A stretch of 64,000 nt of DNA, taken from positions 7,567 through 71,566 of the forward strand of contig JBLYPW010000004.1 in the NCBI GenBank assembly GCA_048538275.1. The letters run 5' to 3'. The position numbers and the translations under genes were made by a program. The notes under the pieces are model-generated. The model had not been told where the DNA came from and did not search any database. It saw nothing but the letters and a program-made list of their open reading frames with translations. Origin of the DNA: Candidatus Komeilibacteria bacterium. GTDB lineage: Bacteria; Patescibacteriota; Patescibacteriia; UBA1558. Below, one piece after another: positions 18,906-30,970 of the stretch (the first letter of the stretch is position 1; each line of letters starts with the position of its first letter).

Positions 18906-21900
18906 ATGCCAACTCCATCATCAACCAAAACTACTATGTTTGACTCCGAAACAACGGCCGACATAGCCTTTGACGCCATCAAGCTCAAACTAGCCAGTCC
19001 CGAACAAATCCACAAATGGTCACATGGCGAAGTTACCAAACCAGAAACCATTAATTATCGTACGCAAAAACCAGAAAAAGATGGTTTGTTTTGCGAAAAA
19101 ATATTCGGCCCCTCCAAAGACTGGGAATGTTATTGTGGCAAATATAAACGTATCCGCTATAAAGGTATTGTCTGCGACAAGTGTGGCGTGGAAGTAACTC
19201 GTGCCATAGTGCGTCGCGAACGCATGGGTCATATTGATCTAGCTTGCCCGGTATCCCACATTTGGTTCTTGCGCGGCATTCCTTCTCGCATCGGTTTAAT
19301 TTTAAATATGTCCAGCCAAGAACTGGAAAAAGTCATTTATTTTGCTTCCTTTATTATAACTTCAGTAGATGAAGAGCTGCGCGAACAAACTATGAATCAA
19401 ATCAAAGGAGAGCTAAAGAGTAAACACAAGGCTATAGAAAATGAATTCAGTCAAAAAAGTGCTAATTTAAAAAAACAGCTAGCCGATAAACCAGATAAAG
19501 AAATCAATGCCCAACTAGCTCCTTTGGAAGAAATTCGCGATAACAAATTAACCCACTTGCAAGAGGCGGCTGATCGCGCTAAAAAAGAACTGCGCGACTT
19601 AAAACCACATCAAATTATATCAGAAGCTCAATATCAGGATTTATCCATGAAATATGGTCATGTTTTCAAAGCCAGTATTGGCGCGGAAGCTGTGCGTCAA
19701 TTATTAAGCGAGGTTGATCTAGAAAAATTGGTTAAACAATTGGAAAAAGAAAAATTAGATGCCATACCCTCTAAACTGAAAAAAATTACCAGACGATTAA
19801 AGTTAATTAAAAATTTACTTTTAAACAATATCCGACCTGAATGGATGGTGCTAACTGCTATTCCTATCATTCCGCCAGACCTACGTCCCATGGTGGCTTT
19901 GGATGGTGGTCGTTTTGCTACCTCTGACCTCAATGACCTCTATCGTCGTGTGATCAATCGTAATAACCGTTTAAAAAGATTGAAAGAATTAAACGCGCCA
20001 GAAGTTATTCAACGTAATGAAAAACGTATGCTGCAGGAAGCAGTAGACGCATTAATTGACAATAATGCTCGTCGCAGCAAAACCGTAACCGCTTCTACCG
20101 GCCAAAAGCGTACGCTTAAAAGCATTGCTGACATGCTCAAGGGAAAACAAGGTCGTTTCCGCCAAAACTTATTAGGTAAACGTATTGATTATTCTGGTCG
20201 CTCTGTTATTGTCGCTGGTCCAAAACTCAAAATTGGCGAATGCGGTTTGCCTAAAATTATGGCCCTAGAATTGTTCCGACCATTTGTAATTTCCGAACTA
20301 ATCAAACTAGAATTAGTACACAATGTTCGTTCTGCTAATCGCTATATAGAACAGGACCATCCTGAGGTATGGGATATTCTAGAAAACATAACAAAAAAAG
20401 CTTTCGTCATGTTAAATCGCGCCCCTACCTTACACCGTCTTGGTATTCAAGCTTTCCGACCACGACTTATTGAGGGCAAAGCTATTCAAATTCATCCCAT
20501 GGTATGTAAAGCTTTCAATGCTGATTTTGACGGTGATCAAATGGCCGTGCATGTTCCGCTAACAGAAGAGGCTAAGCAAGAGGCAGCCGAACTAATGCAT
20601 TCTGTAAAAAATATACTTAAGCCAGCTACCGGCGATCCAATCGTTTCTCCTGACCAAGATATTGTTTGGGGCAGTTATTATTTAACTTATGACAGCGGTA
20701 TTAAAAGCGAACATCCTAAGGCTTTCTCTGACTTTAATGAAGCAAAGCTAGCTTATGACAATGAAATAATTTCTTTACACGAAGTTATTAAGGTAAGGAT
20801 TAACAAAAAATTGGAAGACACTACCATCGGACGATTGATATTTAACTCTATTTTACCCACCGAACTCGGTTTTATAAATCGTACACTAAAATCAAGCGAT
20901 CTGCGTAATATCATTGGCGTGTCATTTGCTAAAGCTGGCCGCGAGAAAACTATTGAATTATTAGATAATTTAAAAGATATGGCCTATGGCTATATCACAC
21001 AATCCGGTCTTTCTTGGGGCATTGCTGATATACCAATTGTCAGCAGTAAAGGAGCTATGATAACCAATGGTGAAAAACAAGTAGAGGCCATCCAACAACA
21101 ATACAATGAAGGTCTGCTTACTAATCGCGAACGACGCGTAAAGGTTATTGAAACTTGGAATGAGGTAAAAAATGATATTACCGAGTCAAGCAAACAATCT
21201 TTTGATTCAAACTCCAGTCTTTATTCTATCATCAATTCAGGGGCGCGCGGATCTTGGGCACAGCTTATCCAAATCATGGGCATGAAAGGCTCTGTAGTAA
21301 ACCCAGCTGGTGAAATTATTGAGCTGCCTATCAAAGCCAATTTCCGTGAAGGTCTGGATGTACTGGAATACTTTATTTCCACTCACGGTGCTCGTAAAGG
21401 ATTATCCGACACTGCCTTGCGTACGGCTAGCGCCGGTTACCTAACTCGCCGCCTAGTGGACGTCTCCCAAGACCTTGTTATTACTGAAGACGATTGTAAA
21501 GATAAAGAAGGACTACACCTAACTCTAAAAGATGCTGATGATATTGGCGAGCCCTTGGGCAAGCTAATACTAGGACGTACTACTATTGGTGATATTAAAG
21601 ATGCTAAGGGCAAAATCATAGTAAAAAATGGTCAAATCATAGATAATGAAGCGGTAGAAAAAATAGTAGCCGATAAGCTGCCAGAGGTGACTATTCGTTC
21701 TAATATGACTTGTAAAACCGTGCGCGGTTTATGCGCTAAATGTTATGGCTGGGACTTAGCTTACAACACCCCCATAAAACAAGGCGTAGCCGTTGGTATT
21801 ATCGCCGCGCAAAGTATTGGCGAGCCAGGCACGCAGCTAACTATGAGAACTTTTCATACTGGCGGCGTTGCAGCTACTGGCGATATTACTCAAGGTTTGC

Positions 21901-22772
21901 CGCGTGTAGAAGAATTATTTGAAGCTAGACAACCAAAGAAAAAGGCTATCATCGCTCAAGAAGACGGCGTTGTGATGATTGATCCCAAAGCGGAAATGAG
22001 CATTCGCCGAGAGCGCGTTATCCAATACAAATATCATGGACCTGCACTAGAATCACATCTCACACACGAAGATTATGAAATAGTGGTTAAAGAAAACCAA
22101 GCTATAAAAGCCGGCGATGTCTTATTAAAACATCGTAGTAGTGACAAAACCATAGTCGCTAAAAATAGCGGCTTGGCTCGCATTCATAATTCTGAAATTG
22201 AGGTTTATGAAGATAAAGATGGTATTAAAGACATTGTCATACCGCCTGGCTATAGTTTGTGGGTAAAAGACGGCGACGAACTTAAAGCCGGTGATCCTAT
22301 TACTGAGGGCAGTATTGATCTACATGAATTATATCTCTATAAGGGCAGGCGTTCTACAGAAAAATACGTGATTAAAGAAATTATGTGGATCTATTCATCA
22401 CAGGGACAAAAAATCAACATGAAACACATTGAAGCTATTATTCGCCAAATGTTTTCACGTGTCTATATAACTGATCCGGGCGATACTAATCTGCTACCCG
22501 GTGACGTTGTGACTGTTTCTGAATTCACTGAAGAAAACTTGGCTGTCAAAGAAAGTAAAGGTCAAGAAGCTAAAGGCAATATTATTCTACTCGGCATTAC
22601 CAAAGCATCGCTCAGTACTGATAGTTGGTTATCAGCCGCTTCCTTCCAAGAAACAGCTCGCGTTTTGATAGACGCCGCTATCACCGGTAAAATTGACAAA
22701 CTTAAAGGCTTGAAAGAAAATGTTATTATCGGGCGATTAATTCCGGCCGGTACCGGTTTTCACAAAGACTAA
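18906..22772 (+). CDS. rpoC: RNA polymerase beta' subunit
   Basis: Zn finger [32 protein letters not shown]. Confidence 0.99.
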   Translation: MPTPSSTKTTMFDSETTADIAFDAIKLKLASPEQIHKWSHGEVTKPETINYRTQKPEKDGLFCEKIFGPSKDWECYCGKYKRIRYKGIVCDKCGVEVTRAIVRRERMGHIDLACPVSHIWFLRGIPSRIGLILNMSSQELEKVIYFASFIITSVDEELREQTMNQIKGELKSKHKAIENEFSQKSANLKKQLADKPDKEINAQLAPLEEIRDNKLTHLQEAADRAKKELRDLKPHQIISEAQYQDLSMKYGHVFKASIGAEAVRQLLSEVDLEKLVKQLEKEKLDAIPSKLKKITRRLKLIKNLLLNNIRPEWMVLTAIPIIPPDLRPMVALDGGRFATSDLNDLYRRVINRNNRLKRLKELNAPEVIQRNEKRMLQEAVDALIDNNARRSKTVTASTGQKRTLKSIADMLKGKQGRFRQNLLGKRIDYSGRSVIVAGPKLKIGECGLPKIMALELFRPFVISELIKLELVHNVRSANRYIEQDHPEVWDILENITKKAFVMLNRAPTLHRLGIQAFRPRLIEGKAIQIHPMVCKAFNADFDGDQMAVHVPLTEEAKQEAAELMHSVKNILKPATGDPIVSPDQDIVWGSYYLTYDSGIKSEHPKAFSDFNEAKLAYDNEIISLHEVIKVRINKKLEDTTIGRLIFNSILPTELGFINRTLKSSDLRNIIGVSFAKAGREKTIELLDNLKDMAYGYITQSGLSWGIADIPIVSSKGAMITNGEKQVEAIQQQYNEGLLTNRERRVKVIETWNEVKNDITESSKQSFDSNSSLYSIINSGARGSWAQLIQIMGMKGSVVNPAGEIIELPIKANFREGLDVLEYFISTHGARKGLSDTALRTASAGYLTRRLVDVSQDLVITEDDCKDKEGLHLTLKDADDIGEPLGKLILGRTTIGDIKDAKGKIIVKNGQIIDNEAVEKIVADKLPEVTIRSNMTCKTVRGLCAKCYGWDLAYNTPIKQGVAVGIIAAQSIGEPGTQLTMRTFHTGGVAATGDITQGLPRVEELFEARQPKKKAIIAQEDGVVMIDPKAEMSIRRERVIQYKYHGPALESHLTHEDYEIVVKENQAIKAGDVLLKHRSSDKTIVAKNSGLARIHNSEIEVYEDKDGIKDIVIPPGYSLWVKDGDELKAGDPITEGSIDLHELYLYKGRRSTEKYVIKEIMWIYSSQGQKINMKHIEAIIRQMFSRVYITDPGDTNLLPGDVVTVSEFTEENLAVKESKGQEAKGNIILLGITKASLSTDSWLSAASFQETARVLIDAAITGKIDKLKGLKENVIIGRLIPAGTGFHKD

Positions 22773-22789
22773 TCAGAAATTTACTTCGT

Positions 22790-22818
22790 TAAAACCCCCT
22801 GTTTTAAGGGGGTTTTTA
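22790..22818 (+). terminator. rpoC terminator
   Basis: AAAACCCCCT..AGGGGGTTTTT. Confidence 0.85.
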
Positions 22819-22915
22819 TGTTGTAAAAAAACTCTACAAATGTTAAAATATACAAGCCTGAAAGCCAAATAAACATTCACAATATCAGGTTGTTGATTAA
22901 TCTTTGAAAAACATT

Positions 22916-25207
22916 ATGGCAAAAAAGTCAAAAGCAAAAAAACGACTAACTGATAATGAAGTCTTATCACCGGAAACTAAAAAAGGCATCGCTATTATAT
23001 TAATATTTTTGGTTTCTCTATTATCTCTACTATCGCTTTTCAATTTAGCTGGTAGTTTTGGTTTATATATAGATCGTTTTTTAGGAATTATATTTGGCTG
23101 GGGCAAATGGCTTTGGCCTATATTATTATTGGCTTGGGGCTATGTCTTGCTAAACCCGGATCGCTACTTATTAAAACCAAGCAATTATCTCGGCCTATTC
23201 TTTGCCACTTTAAGCGGCTCGGGTCTATTGGAATTAATACATGATTTTAATAATATCGCCACCACCTTTAGTGTTAATAAAGGCGGCGGTTACATTGGTT
23301 TTGCTATCAACCACCCCTTACAGCAAGTTATGGGAGGTTTAGCCACCCTTGTAATACTACTAGGATTGTTTTTGATTTCATTATTAGTATCTTTCAATAT
23401 ATCATTGGATGAATTGGGCAATAAAATTAATATTTTTCGTCTGTTTTGGTTAAAAATCAAAACTCTGTCTAGAGAAAAATCTACTACTGGGTATGACGAC
23501 AATTATGAATATGAAGAAGAGGAAGAGGAGGAAGAGGAGGAAGAAGAAGAGGAAGGTGACGATACAGAAGAACAAAAAATAAAACAGAATTATTCTTCTA
23601 ATCAAGAAAAGAAAATTACTAAGCAAATCAAAACACCTGCTTCTGCTAAGCCTCGTCGCAATCCGGTTAAGGTGCCAATTGATTTATTGGACAGCAACGG
23701 CACCAACCCGACTAGTATAGATATAAATGTTAATGCGGATATTATACGCCGTACTTTTGAAAACTTTGGCATAGAGGTAACCATGGAAGAAGTTAATGTT
23801 GGACCGACCGTCACCCAATTTACCCTAAAGCCGGCCGAGGGCGTAAAACTTTCTCACATTACTAATCTGCACAATGATCTAGCGCTGGCATTAGCCGCTC
23901 ACCCCATCCGCATTGAAGCGCCTATCCCTGGCAAATCACTAGTTGGCATTGAAGTGCCCAATCAAAAAATAGCCACCGTAAAGCTGAGAGAAATTATTGA
24001 ATCAGTCGCTTTTAAAAACGGCTCTAGTAAATTGACCGTAGCCTTGGGCAAAAATGTTGCCGGTGATTGCCAAGTGGCCGACATCGCTAAAATGCCTCAT
24101 TGTTTAATTGCTGGCGCCACTGGCAGTGGTAAAAGTGTTTGTATCAATGACTTTATTATTAGTTTGCTTTATCAAAATAGTCCGGACGATTTAAAACTGA
24201 TCATGGTAGATCCTAAGCGAGTAGAGCTGTCTGTCTATAATAATATCCCTCATTTGTTGACGCCGGTTATCACCGAAGTTCCTAAAACGATCAATGCTTT
24301 GCGCTGGGCAGTCAATGAAATGGATGAGCGCTATAAACTATTAGCTAATGTGCACAAACGTAATATAGAAAGCTATAATCAAAGCGTATTAATAAATCAA
24401 TTACCTTATATAGTAATCATAATAGACGAGCTGGCGGATTTAATGGCAGTAGCTGCCCGTGAAGTAGAGGCCGCAATTATTCGTCTAGCGCAAATGGCAA
24501 GAGCTGTGGGCATCCATTTGGTAATAGCGACCCAACGCCCCTCTACCAATGTTATTACCGGTTTGATTAAAGCTAATATTACCACCCGTATTGCTTTTTC
24601 TGTTGCTTCACAGATTGATTCTCGCACTATTATTGATTCTTCTGGTGCCGAAAAACTACTGGGGCGAGGAGACATGCTCTTTACTTCTGCAGAGCTATCT
24701 AAACCTAGGCGTTTACAAGGTGCCTTTATCTCTGATAAAGAAATTAAACGGCTAACAGATTTTTGGAGAAGTCAGGGCGAACCAGAATATAAAGACGAAA
24801 TCATAGAAAGACAAAAAGGAATTAATTTGCCTGGCTCAGCCATGATGGATGATGATGACGATGAATTGTTACCAGACGCCCAAGAGGTAGTACTAAAAGC
24901 AGGAAAAGCTTCTGCCTCCCTATTACAACGTCGCCTGCGCGTTGGTTATGCTAGAGCAGCTCGCTTATTAGACCTTTTGGAAGGTCGCGGAATTATTGGT
25001 CCGTCTGAAGGAGCAAAGCCAAGAGAAATACTGCTCAATCAGGACGATCTGGAAGCCAATCTTGACACTAGAGAATATGAAGATGGGTGGGAAGATGCTG
25101 AAGAAGACAAAACAACCGATGACGAGTATAATGACAATGAAGAGGAGGAGGAAGAAACAGATGATCAGGATGGAGCAGACGAAGAAGAAGACCAGAAACA
25201 AAAATAG
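22916..25207 (+). CDS. ftsK: DNA translocase FtsK/SpoIIIE
   Basis: N-terminal 4TM, GATGSGKS, IIIDELAD, GAEKLLGRGDML, gamma domain LQRRLRVGYARAAR; acidic linker and tail. Confidence 0.97.
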   Translation: MAKKSKAKKRLTDNEVLSPETKKGIAIILIFLVSLLSLLSLFNLAGSFGLYIDRFLGIIFGWGKWLWPILLLAWGYVLLNPDRYLLKPSNYLGLFFATLSGSGLLELIHDFNNIATTFSVNKGGGYIGFAINHPLQQVMGGLATLVILLGLFLISLLVSFNISLDELGNKINIFRLFWLKIKTLSREKSTTGYDDNYEYEEEEEEEEEEEEEEGDDTEEQKIKQNYSSNQEKKITKQIKTPASAKPRRNPVKVPIDLLDSNGTNPTSIDINVNADIIRRTFENFGIEVTMEEVNVGPTVTQFTLKPAEGVKLSHITNLHNDLALALAAHPIRIEAPIPGKSLVGIEVPNQKIATVKLREIIESVAFKNGSSKLTVALGKNVAGDCQVADIAKMPHCLIAGATGSGKSVCINDFIISLLYQNSPDDLKLIMVDPKRVELSVYNNIPHLLTPVITEVPKTINALRWAVNEMDERYKLLANVHKRNIESYNQSVLINQLPYIVIIIDELADLMAVAAREVEAAIIRLAQMARAVGIHLVIATQRPSTNVITGLIKANITTRIAFSVASQIDSRTIIDSSGAEKLLGRGDMLFTSAELSKPRRLQGAFISDKEIKRLTDFWRSQGEPEYKDEIIERQKGINLPGSAMMDDDDDELLPDAQEVVLKAGKASASLLQRRLRVGYARAARLLDLLEGRGIIGPSEGAKPREILLNQDDLEANLDTREYEDGWEDAEEDKTTDDEYNDNEEEEEETDDQDGADEEEDQKQK

Positions 25208-25293
25208 TCTAATATTAGATAAAACCAAAACAAATACTGAAAAAACAGCTATTATTTGCATAATTTTTATCTTTTTGTTTATACTAATTAGAC

Positions 25294-26007
25294 ATGAACA
25301 CATTCACTAAAAAAAGAATAGTATCCCACCAAACGGTACCGGAAACATTGCGCTTGTGTCGACAAAATAAAAACATATCCCTTGAAGGCATAGCGAAACA
25401 ACTCCGCATCCAACCAGAATATCTCCAAGCCCTAGAAGATGGTGCTTATGAAAAATTACCAGGAGAAATTTATGCCAAGCAATGGCTGCGTCAATATGGT
25501 CAATATCTTGATTTAGATATCAAATGGCTTTGTAATCAATATCAACACGAGCGTGGTATGCAAATGCAGTTCCAAGGCTTTACTCACGAAGAAATAAAAA
25601 GTCCTCGTTGGTGGCTATCTTGGCTCAACTACAAGACCTTAAAACTGACCATGATCATTATTGCTGCTTTAGCTTTTAGCGTTTATCTTGGCGCAGAAGT
25701 AAAAGACATCATGCAACCGCCAACTTTAACTATTTATGAACCAATCAATAATATTACCACCACGGATAGAACTATTCGTCTAGCCGGTCAAACCGAAGCG
25801 GAAATTGAAGTTACTATCAATAATGAAACTATATTAGCTAATGAAAACGGCTATTTTGATAAAGAAATTTTTCTCTCCCCAGGGCTAAATGTCCTACAAA
25901 TTATAGCTAGCAAAAAACACGGCGGGCAGCAACATGCCACAATATCCGTATTTAGAGAAACTAGACAAGCAGAGGAGAATGGTGCTACTATATCATATAC
26001 AAAATAA
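25294..26007 (+). CDS. RodZ-like HTH-TM protein with C-terminal Ig-like domain
   Basis: YLQALEDGAYEKLPGEIY HTH motif, one TM, then PPTLTIYEP..LSPGLN; typical position between ftsK and recA. Confidence 0.8.
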   Translation: MNTFTKKRIVSHQTVPETLRLCRQNKNISLEGIAKQLRIQPEYLQALEDGAYEKLPGEIYAKQWLRQYGQYLDLDIKWLCNQYQHERGMQMQFQGFTHEEIKSPRWWLSWLNYKTLKLTMIIIAALAFSVYLGAEVKDIMQPPTLTIYEPINNITTTDRTIRLAGQTEAEIEVTINNETILANENGYFDKEIFLSPGLNVLQIIASKKHGGQQHATISVFRETRQAEENGATISYTK

Positions 26008-26043
26008 CTTGCAGGGTCGGCTTAAATATTAAATTATTGTTGT

Positions 26044-27078
26044 ATGTCTAACAAAAAAACAGCTGATAATGATCGCGGCAATGCTGCCCATGCGGCTATT
26101 GATCAAATTAAACAAAAGTTTGGCGATGGTGCTATAATGCGCTTTGGCGAGGCTAAAACTATGACAGTTGATGCCATCCCCACCGGTTGCTTGTCTCTGG
26201 ACATTTCTCTTGGAGTGGGCGGCGTGCCTCGGGGGCGCGTTATAGAAATATATGGCCCAGAGGCTTCTGGTAAAACAACTTTAGCGCAACATATCATTGC
26301 CGAAGTACAAAAAATGGGTGGTACAGCCGCTTTTATTGATGCCGAGCATGCTCTAGATCCAGAATATGCCAAAAAAATTGGCATTGATGTTGATCAACTA
26401 CTTATTTCCCAGCCCGATACCGGCGAACAAGCCTTAGAAATAGCCGAAACATTGGTACGATCCAATGGTATTGATGTGGTTGTTATTGACTCGGTGGCAG
26501 CTCTAGTGCCTAAAGCGGAAATTGAAGGTGAGATGGGTGATTCTCACATGGGCCTCCAAGCTCGTCTAATGAGCCAAGCGCTACGCAAATTAACCGGAAT
26601 TGTCTCTAAAACCAAAACCGCCGTGATCTTTATCAACCAAACCAGAATGAAGATCGGTATTATGTTTGGCAATCCGGAAACCACTACCGGTGGCATGGCA
26701 CTTAAATTTTACTCTTCCGTTAGAATTGAGGTGCGACGCGCCGCACAAATTAAAAAAGCCGACAAGTTTATCGGCAATCGCGTTCGCTGTAAAGTAGTAA
26801 AAAATAAAGTAGCACCACCTTTCCAAAATTGTGAATTTGACATCATGTACAATGAAGGCATTTCCATTGCCGGCGACGTATTAGACCTTGGCGTAGAAAA
26901 AGGTATCATAAAAAAAGCCGGTAATAGCTATAGTTATGGAGAAGAAAAGCTGGGAGTAGGTCGCGAAAATGCCAAAGATTTTCTACGTAATAATAAAAAA
27001 TTATTGGCTAAAATTAAAGAAGATATTTGGACGGAAGTAAAGAAGGAAAAAGCAGAAAATCAAGATAGTAAAAAATAA
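26044..27078 (+). CDS. recA: Recombinase RecA
   Basis: [34 protein letters not shown]. Confidence 0.99.
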   Translation: MSNKKTADNDRGNAAHAAIDQIKQKFGDGAIMRFGEAKTMTVDAIPTGCLSLDISLGVGGVPRGRVIEIYGPEASGKTTLAQHIIAEVQKMGGTAAFIDAEHALDPEYAKKIGIDVDQLLISQPDTGEQALEIAETLVRSNGIDVVVIDSVAALVPKAEIEGEMGDSHMGLQARLMSQALRKLTGIVSKTKTAVIFINQTRMKIGIMFGNPETTTGGMALKFYSSVRIEVRRAAQIKKADKFIGNRVRCKVVKNKVAPPFQNCEFDIMYNEGISIAGDVLDLGVEKGIIKKAGNSYSYGEEKLGVGRENAKDFLRNNKKLLAKIKEDIWTEVKKEKAENQDSKK

Positions 27079-27096
27079 TATCTCTCTATAAAATTA

Positions 27097-27132
27097 CCAC
27101 CCAGCCCCTGTCAAGGGGCTGGGTTGTTTTTT
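27097..27132 (+). terminator. recA terminator
   Basis: ACCCAGCCCCT-GTCA-AGGGGCTGGGT plus T-tract. Confidence 0.85.
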
Positions 27133-27210
27133 GCCTAATTTTACCGTAAAATAAAGACACGCTTAGTTACAAAAAACACCCGCCTTTATACAATCTTTTT
27201 ATACTAAAAC

Positions 27211-28641
27211 ATGTCGCTGACTAAAAAAGTCGCTTACAATACTATAGTACAATTTGTCGGCAAACTTATAAGCACCGTAATCGGTGTAGCGATTGTAGCT
27301 CTAATAACTCGCCACCTAGGGCAGGTTGGCTATGGTCAATACACCACCGCTTTAGTTTTTGCCCAATTTTTTGCAGTTATTATTGATCTTGGTCTTTACA
27401 TAGTTTTGATCCAAGAAATTTCTGATCCCCAAACCGATACCCGCCGAGCTGTCAGTAATATTTTTACCATCCGACTATTATCAGCCGCCATTGTTTTTGT
27501 AGCTGCTCCTTTAGTCGCCTTGCTTTTTCCTTATGACGCCATAGTCAAACAAAGCATAATCTTGATGTCCATATCATTTTTTTTCTTTACCCTGGCTCAA
27601 GTATTGGTGGCTCTTTACCAAAAACACTTACAAATGGACCGCGTGATTATTGCCGAAGTTTTGGGAAGGCTTGTTTTTTTGCTTAGCATAGTCTTGTTTG
27701 TTGTTTTGCAAAAAGGATTACTTTATATTGTTGCCGGTAATATTATATTCAATATCATTTACTTTATAATAATATTTATCAAAGCGCGCGGTTATACTCA
27801 TTTTGGCATTAGTTTTGACTGGTTATATTGGGGTCGTCTTTGGCACAGACTATGGCCCATAGCCCTAACCTCTCTACTGACGCTAGTATATTTTAGAGCT
27901 GACACCTTGATACTTTCTGTTTATAGACCGGTAGCTGAAGTAGGCATATATGGCGCCACTTATAAAGTTTTAGAAATAATCGGTACCTTTCCTCACATGT
28001 TCCTTGGCTTAATATTACCTATTTTAACTGCCGCTTATGTTGGTAAAAATCTAGAACGCTTTCACCGTGTTTATCAAAAGGTGTTTGATTTTTTTCTGAC
28101 CATAACCATTCCTTTAATTGCTGGTAGTTTATTGTTGGGGGAAAGGGTCATGGTGTTGATTGCCGGTCCAGAATTTTTTGTTTCTGGCGTCGTGCTAAAA
28201 ATTCTCATCTGGGCCACTGCTTTTATATTTTTTGGAAATTTGTTCGGCTATATAATTCTGGCTATTGATAAACAAAAAGCGATGATACCATATTATATAA
28301 TAACAGCCGTATTATCATTAGTATTATACTTTATATTTATACCGCGCTATTCATATTGGGCAGCTGCTTGGTCCACGGTCATCATTGAATTGCTTTATAT
28401 GATATTTGCCCTAATTGTATGTTACCGTTATGCTCAAATACGTCTTTCTTTACGCTTGGGATTTCATATCTTATTAGCAACGTTCGGCATGAGCATAGTG
28501 ATAAAATTATTATTTGCCTGGCCACTGTGGTGGCTGTTATTAGTGGCTATTATTGCTTATTTTGCCATACTTTATATTAGCGGCGGTATTCGTCCTGACA
28601 TTTTGGCAGAGCTTACCAATAAACAATCCGATGCTCAATAA
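27211..28641 (+). CDS. Wzx/MOP-family flippase
   Basis: About 14 TM; LGQVGYGQY, DLGL, YFRADTLIL, VGIYGATYK. Confidence 0.9.
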   Translation: MSLTKKVAYNTIVQFVGKLISTVIGVAIVALITRHLGQVGYGQYTTALVFAQFFAVIIDLGLYIVLIQEISDPQTDTRRAVSNIFTIRLLSAAIVFVAAPLVALLFPYDAIVKQSIILMSISFFFFTLAQVLVALYQKHLQMDRVIIAEVLGRLVFLLSIVLFVVLQKGLLYIVAGNIIFNIIYFIIIFIKARGYTHFGISFDWLYWGRLWHRLWPIALTSLLTLVYFRADTLILSVYRPVAEVGIYGATYKVLEIIGTFPHMFLGLILPILTAAYVGKNLERFHRVYQKVFDFFLTITIPLIAGSLLLGERVMVLIAGPEFFVSGVVLKILIWATAFIFFGNLFGYIILAIDKQKAMIPYYIITAVLSLVLYFIFIPRYSYWAAAWSTVIIELLYMIFALIVCYRYAQIRLSLRLGFHILLATFGMSIVIKLLFAWPLWWLLLVAIIAYFAILYISGGIRPDILAELTNKQSDAQ

Positions 28642-30010
28642 TATCCTCATCATCTTATTTTTACTTGGCTATACTTGGTTGATTTGGCGTCAGCCGGTTC
28701 GTGGCGTCTATATAATCACTTTATTATTGCCTACTTATTTGATTCGCTTTGTTTGGCTAAACATCCCTTTCACTTTGCTAGAAATGATGATTGGGTTATT
28801 ATTTATTGTTTGGTTGATAAAGCTTGGCCTCAATCATCAGCTCAATCTGCGCTTTAGTGCTTGGCTTAGCCGTCTATGGAAAAACACTAAATCTGTTAAT
28901 AAAAATTATAATTTAATTCCACCGCTTTTACGCTGGCCCATCATTGCCGTGCTAGCCACCAGCCTAATCGCTTGGCTTGTTTCGCCCAATTGGCTAGGGG
29001 CGGCTGGCATTTGGAAAGCTTATTTTTTTGAACCGGTTTTATTCTTTATACTATTTGTTTATTTGATAAGAAAAAATTCACAATTAAAAAACATAATAAA
29101 CGCCTTAGCTATTTTAAGTTTTGTTATATTCATATACGCCCTCATCCAAAAAACTACTGGTTGGAATATTAATAATCTAGAATGGTTATTGCCAGCCACC
29201 AGACGAGTAACAACGTTTTTTGGTTATCCCAATGCCAATGGACTGCTCCTGGCACCGCTAGTAATAATTTTTCTAGCCAGTCTTTGGTTGCCTGATCGTC
29301 TTGTCGGTAAAATATTACGTGCTGTGGCTTTGATTGGAGCGTGGCTAACAATGTTTTGGGCTAACAGCGAAGGCGCTCTAATTGGCGCCGCTCTGGGCAG
29401 CATAACGGTATTATTATTATTCAAAAATACTCGCTTTATTGCCACCGTGTTTATTGGTCTGGCAATCGTTGGCCTGGTTCTTCACCCTTCTACCAAAGAA
29501 GCAGTGTGGCAAAAAATAACCTTGCAAGACTTTTCTGGACAAATTCGCCAAGCACAATGGACGGAAAGCCTGAGCATGCTGCGCGATAACCCGTGGCGCG
29601 GTGGTGGACTGGCGAATTATCAAAATGCCCTCATCCCTTATCACCGCTCTGGCCTGACTATCAATGGCCAATGGCAACCAATAGAAATATTTTTATACCC
29701 CCATAATATTCTGCTAAATTTCTGGACAGAGCTTGGTCTATTGGGCCTCTTAGCCATTATTTGGCTGGGCCTAGCCGGTTGCGTTCTTTTACTTAGACTA
29801 TTTATAATTCTACCCAAACTACCAAAGTATAAACAAACTGATAGTCGTCCTTGGGCTATTGGCTTGACCGGCATAGCGGTTGCGATTATAATACACGGCC
29901 TGGTTGATGTGCCTTATTTTAAGAATGATTTAAGTGTTTTAGCCTGGCTTTTCCTGGGAATAATAGTGGTGGTTTATAATTATTCCTTAGAAAAAAACAT
30001 ATCAAATTAA
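28631..30010 (+). CDS. O-antigen ligase / O-oligosaccharyltransferase-like protein
   Basis: RVTTFFGYPNANG, R..W, YPHNILLNFWTELGLLG, HGLVDVPYFKNDL. Confidence 0.88.
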   Translation: MLNNILIILFLLGYTWLIWRQPVRGVYIITLLLPTYLIRFVWLNIPFTLLEMMIGLLFIVWLIKLGLNHQLNLRFSAWLSRLWKNTKSVNKNYNLIPPLLRWPIIAVLATSLIAWLVSPNWLGAAGIWKAYFFEPVLFFILFVYLIRKNSQLKNIINALAILSFVIFIYALIQKTTGWNINNLEWLLPATRRVTTFFGYPNANGLLLAPLVIIFLASLWLPDRLVGKILRAVALIGAWLTMFWANSEGALIGAALGSITVLLLFKNTRFIATVFIGLAIVGLVLHPSTKEAVWQKITLQDFSGQIRQAQWTESLSMLRDNPWRGGGLANYQNALIPYHRSGLTINGQWQPIEIFLYPHNILLNFWTELGLLGLLAIIWLGLAGCVLLLRLFIILPKLPKYKQTDSRPWAIGLTGIAVAIIIHGLVDVPYFKNDLSVLAWLFLGIIVVVYNYSLEKNISN

Positions 30011-30019
30011 TAGTGCCTT

Positions 30020-30109
30020 GGAGGCGTGGCAGAGTGGTTGAATGCGCTGCTCTCGAAAAGCAGTGGACCTTTACCGGTCTCGGAGGTTCGAATCCTCCCG
30101 CCTCCGCCA
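30020..30109 (+). tRNA. tRNA-Ser(CGA)
   Basis: GGAGGCG acceptor; anticodon arm CTGCT-CTCGAAA-AGCAG; long variable arm; GTTCGAATC; encoded CCA. Confidence 0.96.
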
Positions 30110-30227
30110 AGTTTCACTTTTTGTGAAATCATAAGATGTTGCCTCGGCGCCCGCCTCCGCTAATGCTTCGGCGGCAACCTCACAGAAAAACCATTCCAAC
30201 AGATTTTATTTTTTTAAGCCCTTTACC

Positions 30228-30632
30228 ATGGAACAATTGCCAAATAGTCTTGAAACAAATACAGCGGAAAAAAGATTACATGAAATCTTATCAAATAGAC
30301 AAATTTTAACTGTAAAAGTTTCAAAAGATAAAAATGGATATGGCGACATTGACATTGCAATAGACGACTCAATACAACATGCAGATACGATGGTTGATAA
30401 CTATGAAAAAGGATTTGATGTTTCCTCCGGCAAGTGTGGCATAGAGGGACTAATAAAGGCCTTGCACATTATAGATTCTCTAGACCCTAAAGATTTTGGT
30501 GGTATATTGTTCATACAACCCTCTGATGAGAAAAAGAAGCGCGCATATAGGAAGCTTTTGTAGCATGGCTTTATTTGGAACCCTGATAATGAATGTTACG
30601 AAAAACATACTAAAAAACAAAAAAATACCTAA
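30228..30632 (+). CDS. Hypothetical protein, possibly truncated by a TAG at 30561
   Basis: 111-aa ORF; frame stays open for 22 codons beyond the TAG (HGFIWNPDNECYEK..). Confidence 0.5.
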
Positions 30633-30970
30633 TAACAGTTTATTTATTAAAATATTTTTATTATAAATTTAACAAAATTTCTCCCGACACCTCTGATTTA
30701 AAAGCCTTTATATTTTTTGGCTATGATTGTACCGGCCTAGATGGCGTAGTTTTTTTTAACCGACGCGACAGCCGTCCAATATAAACCGGTCGCTTATGCT
30801 ATTTTGAGTTCCAAAAAAGCAGAAAATGTAAAAAATAATATTTATATCGCATTGCCAGAAAACATTAAAATAATTGCTAAATAGCATAAAGATAAAGGAA
30901 GAACAAGAAACAAACCCCAAAAATATATAAAGGGGCATAGTAGATAAAAAAATAATAAAATTAATTAATT

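Noticed and set aside
23509-23560. GAA/GAG repeat tract
   Set aside because: Poly-Glu in the FtsK linker; low-complexity linkers are normal for FtsK
29919-30110. 63-aa minus-strand ORF MAEAGGFEPP..
   Set aside because: Antisense translation of tRNA-Ser
30756-30938. 60-aa minus-strand ORF
   Set aside because: AT-rich, no recognisable features; cannot be supported as a gene
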